64,000 nt of DNA from Dehalococcoidia bacterium. GTDB lineage: Bacteria; Chloroflexota; Dehalococcoidia; Lucifugimonadales; UBA3495. Of the stretch, positions 16,957-23,951 are shown piece after piece. Within the stretch, counting starts at the first letter, position 1, and the number at the start of each line of letters is the position of its first letter. The stretch covers positions 2,965,281 to 3,029,280 of the forward strand of contig OZ244136.1 of assembly GCA_965215975.1 (NCBI GenBank), read 5' to 3'. The translations under genes were made by a program, and so were the position numbers. The notes under the pieces were generated by a model. The model was not told the DNA's origin. It did no database searches and saw only the letters and a program-made list of their open reading frames with translations.

Positions 16957-18363
16957 CTACAGGAGAAGGCTGATAGGCTGTTCCAGGAGACTCTTTACTT
17001 CGACCAGGAAGCGAGCGGCTTCGGCGCCGTCGGCCACACGGTGGTCGGTGGACAGAGTGGCCTTCATGACCTGGCCAACGGCTAGCTGCCCTTCCCGCAC
17101 TACCGGCTGCTCTTTTACGGTACCAACGGCCAGGACTGCGGCATGGGGCGGAAAAATTATCGCTGCGAAACTGTCCACGTCGAACATTCCCAGATTACTG
17201 ATGCTGAAGGTGGTACCGCTGTATTCCTCGTTGCGCAGCGAGCCGCTATTAGCCCGAGTGATTAGGTCTTTGCTGGCTGAAGCGATTTCCGCCAGCGACT
17301 TGTTTCCGCAGCCGCTGATCCCTGGAACTATGAGTCCAGCCTCAAGGGAAATGGCAATTCCAATATTGATGGCATCGTTGAACTGCAGATGATCTTCGCG
17401 GAAGAAGGCGTTGAACTTGGGGTGGCGGCCCAAAGCTACGGAGCAGGCCCGCACCACCATGTCATTGACACTTACACGGTCTTCGGCAGGAAGAGCTTCG
17501 TTTATCTCCCGACGCAGGGTCATTGCTCTTGCCATGTCAACTTCGGCTGTCACGTAGAAGTGGGGAGCCTGCTGCTTGCTGTCTACCGTAACTTTGGCAA
17601 TGGCTTGGCGCATGCGCGACAGTTCCACCCGGCTTCCAGCTTCCGCTTCCTGGGCAAGGGCTGCCACTTTGGGTGGGGCTGCACCAGGGGCTCCAGCGAG
17701 TTCCGTGGTTGGGACAGCAGGGGCAACATATTCCAGAACGTCCTTTTCTACCACGCGTCCTTCAGGTCCAGACCCCTGAATGGCTGTCAGCTCAATTCCC
17801 TGTTCCCGGGCGAGGCGGCGCGCCAGTGGTGAGGCCTTCACCCAGTCTCCGGGTTTAGATATTTCGTTGTTGTCTGCAGCTGCCGGGCTGTGCTCCAGGA
17901 CGTCCTTTTCCACGATTCTTCCGCCGGGGCCTGTGCCGGCTACCAGAGCAAGGTCGATACCTCGTTCTAGGGCCAGTCGGCGTGCAATTGGAGACGCTCG
18001 AACCTCGCCATCTCCCCGTGCGGGCACAGCTTCCAAGGCTTTTGCCGGGACAGTTTCAGCTACAGCTGGTTCGGGGATTTCTTCGGAGACCGATGATTCG
18101 AAGTAGGCGGCTCCAACTGATTCGCCGGGCTCGGCGATGACCGCGATGGCATCCCCGACAGCAACAGGTATGCCTTCCTGGGCCACCTGACGGTGCAGGA
18201 TTCCTCCCGTGAAGGCCTCGAACTCTACAGTAGCTTTGTCGGTTTCGATATCGGCGATTACTTCACCGCGGGCTACTTCCTCGCCCTCCTGCTTATGCCA
18301 GCGTACGACTGTGCCTTCCCGCATGTCGTAACCCATTTTGGGCATCACTATGGTGGTAGCCAA
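16957..18363 (-). CDS. Dihydrolipoamide acyltransferase (E2) of a 2-oxoacid dehydrogenase complex
   Basis: Lipoyl domain with ETDKA. Two peripheral-subunit-binding-like segments (ASPIARRLALERGIDL..., ASPLARRLAREQGIEL...). Catalytic domain with DHRVADG. TTG start 5 nt after the SD AGGAGG. Confidence 0.9.
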   Translation of the reverse strand: MATTIVMPKMGYDMREGTVVRWHKQEGEEVARGEVIADIETDKATVEFEAFTGGILHRQVAQEGIPVAVGDAIAVIAEPGESVGAAYFESSVSEEIPEPAVAETVPAKALEAVPARGDGEVRASPIARRLALERGIDLALVAGTGPGGRIVEKDVLEHSPAAADNNEISKPGDWVKASPLARRLAREQGIELTAIQGSGPEGRVVEKDVLEYVAPAVPTTELAGAPGAAPPKVAALAQEAEAGSRVELSRMRQAIAKVTVDSKQQAPHFYVTAEVDMARAMTLRREINEALPAEDRVSVNDMVVRACSVALGRHPKFNAFFREDHLQFNDAINIGIAISLEAGLIVPGISGCGNKSLAEIASASKDLITRANSGSLRNEEYSGTTFSISNLGMFDVDSFAAIIFPPHAAVLAVGTVKEQPVVREGQLAVGQVMKATLSTDHRVADGAEAARFLVEVKSLLEQPISLLL

Positions 18364-18401
18364 GTCAGCCTCCTGTGCCTTCCAGTGCAGCCACGGAGCC
18401 G

Positions 18402-19787
18402 TTACATGTGGACGGCTCGGCCTTCGGCGGCCAACGCCGCCTCTTTAATTATCTCAGAAATAGTTGGGTGTGCATGGACCAGCCAGCCCAATTCAAGAGT
18501 TGTTCCTTCGAGCAGACGGGTCAAAGAAAGCTCACCCAGCAACTCGGTAACTTCCGGGCCGACCATGTGGGCGCCAAGGATTTCGCCGTAGCGGGAGTCA
18601 ACTACCAGCTTGATCATACCGTCGGTCTCACCCATTCCCATGGCCTTTCCGTTGGCCTGCAAGTTAAACTGGCCTATCTTAACGTCGTGGCCTGCTTCCA
18701 CTGCCTGGGCTTCGGTAAGGCCGAAACTGGCAATCTGGGGTTGGCAGTAGGTCGCCCGAGGCATCATCGAGTAATCCAGGGCTTGAGGTTCCAGACCGGC
18801 GATAGTTTCGACGGCTATGGTTGCCTGGGCCGAGGCCACATGGGCCAGGGCCAGCTTGCCGGTTACGTCCCCTATAGCACGAATGCCGGGAACATTGGTG
18901 GCCATGTGGTCATCCACCTGGACGTTACCATTGTCTGTCTCGACTCCCAGTGCCTCCAGTCCCAGGTTTTCACTGTTGGGCTGGACTCCTATGGCCACCA
19001 GCACCTTGCCACATTCCAGATTCTCTTCTGCTTCGCCTTTGGCTACCGCAACCTGAAGGCCGTTGCTTGTGTCGGATACCCCGGTTACTCTCGAGCCTGT
19101 CATTATGTTGATCCGGTGGCGGCTGAAAGCGCGTTCTACCTGACGGCTGATTTCCTCGTCCTCATTTGGGGCCAGGTGGGGCAGCAACTCTACTATCGTT
19201 ACGTCCACACCATACATCCTGTAAAGGTAGGCGAATTCAAGGCCTATCGCTCCTCCCCCGACGATAACGATGGATTTGGGCAGTTCTTCAAGAACTATCG
19301 CTTCCTTGCTGGTTATCACCTTGTCGCCGTCAACGGGCAGCGGTGGAATACTGCGGGGCCTGGCGCCGGTAGCTATGATTATGTTCCGGGCCTGGAGTCG
19401 TTGGCCGTCGGGAAACACCTCTACAACACCGTTGCCCTTTAAGACGGCTTCGCCAGTAATGTGTTCGACCTCATTCTTGCGCAACAGGTAGCTAACGCCT
19501 CGTACGTTGCGATCAACCACCTTGCGGCTCCGGTCAATGGCTGCGGTGAAATCGGCCGAGAAGTTCTCGAACTTCAGCCCGAACTCTTCGGCGCGATTGA
19601 AGTAGGAAACAATCTCGGCATTCCTTAGAAGGGCTTTGCTGGGGATGCAGCCCCAGTTCAGGCAAACACCGCCCAAGGCGTCCCTTTCCACAATAACGGT
19701 CTTCAACCCCAACTGAGCGGCCCGTATCGCTGCCACGTAACCGCCAGGACCGGCTCCAATGACTACCAGATCATATTCCCCAGCCAT
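18402..19787 (-). CDS. lpdA: Dihydrolipoyl dehydrogenase (E3)
   Basis: The start MAGEYDLVVIGAGPGGY (ATG at 19787, SD AGGTG upstream) gives 461 aa. Redox-active CLNWGCIPSK and C-terminal HAHPT(I)SE motif. The ORF-track start at 19892 adds an unsupported 35-aa extension. Confidence 0.9.
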   Translation of the reverse strand: MAGEYDLVVIGAGPGGYVAAIRAAQLGLKTVIVERDALGGVCLNWGCIPSKALLRNAEIVSYFNRAEEFGLKFENFSADFTAAIDRSRKVVDRNVRGVSYLLRKNEVEHITGEAVLKGNGVVEVFPDGQRLQARNIIIATGARPRSIPPLPVDGDKVITSKEAIVLEELPKSIVIVGGGAIGLEFAYLYRMYGVDVTIVELLPHLAPNEDEEISRQVERAFSRHRINIMTGSRVTGVSDTSNGLQVAVAKGEAEENLECGKVLVAIGVQPNSENLGLEALGVETDNGNVQVDDHMATNVPGIRAIGDVTGKLALAHVASAQATIAVETIAGLEPQALDYSMMPRATYCQPQIASFGLTEAQAVEAGHDVKIGQFNLQANGKAMGMGETDGMIKLVVDSRYGEILGAHMVGPEVTELLGELSLTRLLEGTTLELGWLVHAHPTISEIIKEAALAAEGRAVHM

Positions 19788-19972
19788 TTTCACCTGCTTT
19801 ATATTTGAATTGGGCCGATTATACCTTGGCAATAGGCGTTGAACAAATTTTGTCTTTAGGGGTACCCGGTTGGGGATACCCATTGCGCGCACTGCAAGTT
19901 ATTCCTTGACTATTAAACCAGTGCCAGTTTTGCTATGATTGAAACCACACTTAGCGCAACTTCGGAGGCGAC

Positions 19973-20179
19973 ATGGGTTTCGGGCCTATTGGGCTACCCC
20001 AGATCCTGATTATTTTGTTGATTGTTCTGCTGATTTTTGGCGCCAAGAGGCTGCCTGAAATCGGATCATCACTGGGCAAGGGGATCCGCAGCTTTAAGAG
20101 TTCGGTGACCGGCGAGGAAGAATCCAACCAGACCACTGTGAAGAGCGAGACATCCGATTCGAACACTGAACCCAAGTGA
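19973..20179 (+). CDS. tatA: Twin-arginine translocase subunit TatA/E
   Basis: 68 aa. [42 protein letters not shown] is the canonical TatA TM segment plus amphipathic helix. Confidence 0.9.
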   Translation: MGFGPIGLPQILIILLIVLLIFGAKRLPEIGSSLGKGIRSFKSSVTGEEESNQTTVKSETSDSNTEPK

Positions 20180-20209
20180 TCAGCTGAAGTACGCATTGAC
20201 GGGTATTGA

Positions 20210-20234
20210 GGGCGGTGCATAACCGCCCTTTTTT
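20210..20234 (+). terminator. Intrinsic terminator after tatA, abutting the tatC stop codon
   Basis: Stem GGGCGGT/ACCGCCC (20210-20216 / 20222-20228) with a 5-nt loop, then TTTTTT at 20229-20234. The T-run overlaps the tatC stop at 20233-20235. Confidence 0.6.
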
Positions 20235-21003
20235 ATTGCCCCTCAGGCAATGAAGCGATTTCATTTCCCTCCCTTTGGCGCGCCCTTCCGGCCAGCCACG
20301 CCAGGAAGATGCCGATTTCATACAAGGCCAGCAACGGCGCGGCCACCAGGGTTTGGTTAAGCGGGTCAAAGGTGGGAGTGATAATTGCTCCCAGGATGAA
20401 GGCAATTACCACCCAATACTTGCGAAACCTTGAGAACATCCTTGAGCTAACAATGCCCAGCTGGGCCAGCAGATACATTAGCACCGGTGTTTCGAAGGCC
20501 AGTCCCATCCAAAGGAGCAGCCTGAGCATGACATCCACCAGGTTGCTTATACGTATCTGGGTTTGCGCCACGTCTCCGCCAAAGGTGAGAAGAAAAGGTA
20601 TGGCGCGGGGCGTGAGCACAAAGTAAGCGAAGGCCAGCCCGCAGAAAAAGGCCAACAGTGCGCCGGGCATAAACAGGAACAGGTAACGTCGCTCACCTGG
20701 CATTAGCCCTGGCGCTACGAAACGGACCACTTGGTAGAGAATCACCGGCAAGGCCAGAACAAAGCCGCCGACCATGGAAATCTTTACTGCGGTAGAGAGC
20801 CTCTCGGTAACCTGTGTAACGATGGGCGTTACCACGCCCCGGTTTATCAGGTCCTGCGCTGGCCACTTCAGCAATTCCAGAAGTTCAGTCCAGAAATAGA
20901 AAGCAACTACGGCCCCGACAATGAGGGCTGTGAGGCAAATGAAGACGCGTCGGCGCAGCTCACCGAGATGCTCAATCAGGGTCAGTTCGCGGCTGCTGCT
21001 CAT
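20233..21003 (-). CDS. tatC: Twin-arginine translocase subunit TatC
   Basis: 256 aa, polytopic. The N-terminus LIEHLGELRRRVF is typical of TatC. Confidence 0.9.
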   Translation of the reverse strand: MSSSRELTLIEHLGELRRRVFICLTALIVGAVVAFYFWTELLELLKWPAQDLINRGVVTPIVTQVTERLSTAVKISMVGGFVLALPVILYQVVRFVAPGLMPGERRYLFLFMPGALLAFFCGLAFAYFVLTPRAIPFLLTFGGDVAQTQIRISNLVDVMLRLLLWMGLAFETPVLMYLLAQLGIVSSRMFSRFRKYWVVIAFILGAIITPTFDPLNQTLVAAPLLALYEIGIFLAWLAGRARQREGNEIASLPEGQ

Positions 21004-21271
21004 TTCCGTCTCCCGTTCCCCTGGTGGGGACCGCTCCCGTGGGAGGAGGTTCCGGCGGCTTAGAGGGTGGATTCGCTGTGGAAGAAGTTCTTGACTTTGG
21101 TTGTTCGCTAAGGTCGGCAGCGGCAGTCATTTCATTTACTGTGCGCCGCATATCGCCGATCAATTTTCCGGCGGTGCGAGCCATCTCAATGGTCTTGGCC
21201 GGGCCCATGACCAGAAAGGCTATGAGAAATATCAGGGCCAGTTCCAGGAATCCAACGCCGAACAGGTTCAT
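20972..21271 (-). CDS. TatA/TatB-family protein (TatB-like)
   Basis: MNLFGVGFLELALIFLIAFLVMGPAKTIEMARTAGKLIGDMRRTV resembles TatB, followed by a Pro-rich tail. The start overlaps the upstream gene's stop as ATGA. The 3' end overlaps tatC by 32 nt. Confidence 0.75.
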   Translation of the reverse strand: MNLFGVGFLELALIFLIAFLVMGPAKTIEMARTAGKLIGDMRRTVNEMTAAADLSEQPKSRTSSTANPPSKPPEPPPTGAVPTRGTGDGNEQQPRTDPD

Positions 21272-23112
21272 TTCTGTTCCGCCTCGGATCCTTTAAACGG
21301 GCAATGTCCGAAACACTGCCCGCCCACTGACTCCGGCATGTCGGAGGGCACAGGATAGCCCAGTTCTTCCAGCATCTCCATAAGCCGGCAAAGAGGTAGC
21401 CCCACCACGTTGGTATAACATCCACCCTGCAGGGTAGCTGGTCTAAAGACGGTGTCCTGGACAGCATAGGCGCCGGCCTTGTCCATTGGAGTGCCCGAGG
21501 CGATGGACTCTTCCATCTCCTCGTCGGTAAAGTCGCGCATGACAACTTCGGCGGTCATGTGGTCGGTCATAGACAGGCCAGTGGCAACGTCTACCACGGT
21601 TAGGCCGGTAGTTACCTGGTGTTCCGTCGCCCGAAGCTGTTGAAGCATCTTACGTGCGTCGTCTTCGTCCTCTGGCTTGCCAATGGAGCGGCCATTCAGC
21701 ACCACCGTGCTATCCGCCCCAATTACAAAACCCTCTTTGAGCTGACCTGCTACCAGCATGGCCTTGTCGCTGGAAAGACGACGCACCATCTCTTCGGCCG
21801 ACTCGCCTTCAAGTTGTTCCTCCGGGGCGTTGGAGGGGGTCACCTCAAAACGCAGGCCCAGTTCGGTCAGCAACTCCCGTCGTCTTGGAGAGCCGGAAGC
21901 CAGAATTAGAGGAGAAGTGGTTTCTCTAAGTGAGAGCACGGCAACGCACTCAACGTGATGGGTTTGGGGGAACATGTCCAGGGGTTGGACTTGTTCGATA
22001 GAATAGTTGTTGGCGCAGAGTAGTTTCAGGTCCCTGGCCAGAGTTTCGGGGTCGCAGGAAACGTAAACCAACATAGGTGAACGTAGTTTAGCCAGGTGGT
22101 CGAGTGCCGACGGTTGGCATCCGGCTCTGGGCGGGTCGAGGATCACCACATCGGGGCGCTCCGGCAGGTCTGCCAATACGTCCTCCGTCTTCCCCAAGAG
22201 GAACTGGATGTTTTCGGCTCCCACTGCATTTTCCTTGGCATCAGCCACGGCTGCGGATGATTCTTCGATGGCGTAAACCCGCTTTACGAAGGGCGTCAGA
22301 AGGATGGCAAACGTGCCTACGCCCGTGTAGGCATCGAGCAGAACTTCACTGCCGGAGAGATTGACCGCTTCCCGCACTATCCCAATCAACTGCGCGGCTT
22401 GGTCAATGTTGACCTGAAAAAAAGAAGGGGAAGCCACTCGAAATGTACGTTCCCCTACCGATTCGATGTAGTGCTTTTGTCCCGTGGGTATGGGGATTTC
22501 AGGGTTCTTCAGAGGAGGCTGCACCAGGTATTCGTCGGTCTCCCGCCCAGCCCGTATGGCGAGTTGAGTTGTCTCCCCGCAACGGTCCTGTAGGTGGCCG
22601 AGGATGCTATTGATTCCCTCGTGCATCAACATACAGTTGTCGATGTGGACGAATCTTCTGGTTTCCCGGTTGACGAATCCTAGGTCGCCTTCTCTGCCAA
22701 CGGTGAACCTTGCGTGGTTCCGGTAACCGTATTGAATGGGAGAGGGAAGGGTGGGATGTACCTTGACGTCATTCAGTCCTCCAACTCTCTCGAGGGCATC
22801 AAGTACCTTGTCGCGCTTGACACTGAGCTGGGCCGAGTAGTCCATGTGCTGCCATTGACATCCGGTGCACACACCATAGTACTGGCAGGGCGCATCAATT
22901 CTTGATGGAGAAGCCTCCAGGACTTGCTCTACTATTGCGGCCACATATTTTCGGCGAACCCTGATGACTTCGGCCACAACTCTCTCGCCAGGGATGCCGC
23001 CCAGGACAAATACATCCTGACCCTCGTGGTTGGCCATTGCCTCTCCCAGGCGCCCCCACGATTTCAACGATAGCTCCAACCGTTGGCCGACAGTCACTTT
23101 TTCTTGTACCAA
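21268..23112 (-). CDS. Fusion protein: TRAM/RumA(RlmD)-type RNA (uracil-5)-methyltransferase plus C-terminal Maf nucleoside-triphosphate pyrophosphatase
   Basis: The N-terminal ~415 aa have a TRAM-like start, a Cys cluster (CQYYGVCTGCQWQH), the SAM-binding LLDAYTGVGTF, and DPPRAG...VSCDP...HVECVAVL. This runs directly into LILASGSPRRRELLTELGL...AGAYAVQ (Maf), with no stop or start at the junction (about nt 21915-21935). Confidence 0.8.
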   Translation of the reverse strand: MVQEKVTVGQRLELSLKSWGRLGEAMANHEGQDVFVLGGIPGERVVAEVIRVRRKYVAAIVEQVLEASPSRIDAPCQYYGVCTGCQWQHMDYSAQLSVKRDKVLDALERVGGLNDVKVHPTLPSPIQYGYRNHARFTVGREGDLGFVNRETRRFVHIDNCMLMHEGINSILGHLQDRCGETTQLAIRAGRETDEYLVQPPLKNPEIPIPTGQKHYIESVGERTFRVASPSFFQVNIDQAAQLIGIVREAVNLSGSEVLLDAYTGVGTFAILLTPFVKRVYAIEESSAAVADAKENAVGAENIQFLLGKTEDVLADLPERPDVVILDPPRAGCQPSALDHLAKLRSPMLVYVSCDPETLARDLKLLCANNYSIEQVQPLDMFPQTHHVECVAVLSLRETTSPLILASGSPRRRELLTELGLRFEVTPSNAPEEQLEGESAEEMVRRLSSDKAMLVAGQLKEGFVIGADSTVVLNGRSIGKPEDEDDARKMLQQLRATEHQVTTGLTVVDVATGLSMTDHMTAEVVMRDFTDEEMEESIASGTPMDKAGAYAVQDTVFRPATLQGGCYTNVVGLPLCRLMEMLEELGYPVPSDMPESVGGQCFGHCPFKGSEAEQK

Positions 23113-23380
23113 AGGGCCCTCCCCTTCACACTATAAACCAAAGGCCTAGGTTTATCCAAGATGGCCCCTATGCATCGCGAACGACCAGCAAGCCGCCGTT
23201 GAATAGTTTTTCCCCAACTCTTTAACGTCTTTGCGCTGTCAGTCGCAGGTTGACCGAGTGGAGACCCAAGGATACACTGAAAGAAATCTGGCGCTCGTAA
23301 GTCGGTTCCAGTGTGGGAAAATGGGTGGCCGGATGACCGCAATATTTTCAATGGGAACTGAGGTTTCCCTGGAGGAATAG

Positions 23381-23710
23381 ATGCCCGAACCAGTGGACGT
23401 TAACGAGAATACTTGGGCCGACCAGGTTGAAGGGTCCGATTTGCCGGTACTGGTGGATTTCTGGGCCGAGTGGTGTGGCCCATGCAAGATGATTGCCCCC
23501 GCAATCCATGACCTGGCCCTCGAATATGATGGTAAGTTGAACGTGGCCAAATTGGACGTGGACAACAACCCTAACATTGCCATGAAGTTTGGTGTTCGCA
23601 GCATTCCGGCCCTGATCTTCTTTAAGGACGGCCAACCGGTGGATCAGGTAGTAGGGGCGGTGCCCAAGGGCGCCTTGAAACGTAAGATAGACTCGGTTTT
23701 AGGCAGCTAG
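23381..23710 (+). CDS. trxA: Thioredoxin
   Basis: 109 aa with the WCGPCK active site. SD GGAGG upstream. Confidence 0.9.
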   Translation: MPEPVDVNENTWADQVEGSDLPVLVDFWAEWCGPCKMIAPAIHDLALEYDGKLNVAKLDVDNNPNIAMKFGVRSIPALIFFKDGQPVDQVVGAVPKGALKRKIDSVLGS

Positions 23711-23744
23711 CGCCTTTCCTTCTTTTTCTTCAGGAAGGTAACAA

Positions 23745-23841
23745 GGGAGTGGAAGGGGCCCGGTGGCTCTTGCGGACTTCAAATCCGTTGTGCCTCGTGA
23801 AGAGCGGGGTAGGTGGGTTCGACTCCCTCGCACTCCCGCCA
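23745..23841 (+). tRNA. selC: tRNA-Sec (anticodon UCA) candidate, with encoded CCA
   Basis: 97 nt. The 8-position acceptor GGGAGUGG/GCACUCCC has 7 WC pairs and a G-G at the base. 6-bp D stem GGGGCC/GGCUCU (two G-U) with the 4-nt loop CGGU. Anticodon stem GCGGA/UCCGU with loop CUUCAAA. Long variable arm (23789-23812) with stem UGCCUC/GGGGUA. T loop UUCGACU. Discriminator G then CCA (23839-23841). Confidence 0.8.
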
Positions 23842-23872
23842 CCTTTCCTCGCAGGTTCGCAGAATTTAGAAC

Positions 23873-23909
23873 GCCCGGCCAGAAAAGGGGCCGGGCTTCT
23901 TTGTTGTTT
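23873..23909 (+). terminator. Intrinsic terminator after tRNA-Sec
   Basis: Perfect 8-bp stem GCCCGGCC/GGCCGGGC (23873-23880 / 23889-23896) with an 8-nt loop, then a TTCTTTGTTGTTT tail. Confidence 0.65.
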
Positions 23910-23951
23910 CGGTGCTTGAGTGAAGTCTCGGAAGCAAGCTTGATGTTGCCA

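Noticed and set aside
18375-19442. 355-aa plus-strand ORF
   Set aside because: It lies entirely antisense to the well-supported lpdA gene. Its translation is low-complexity with no recognisable motifs and no SD. This is a typical shadow ORF of a GC-rich coding region.
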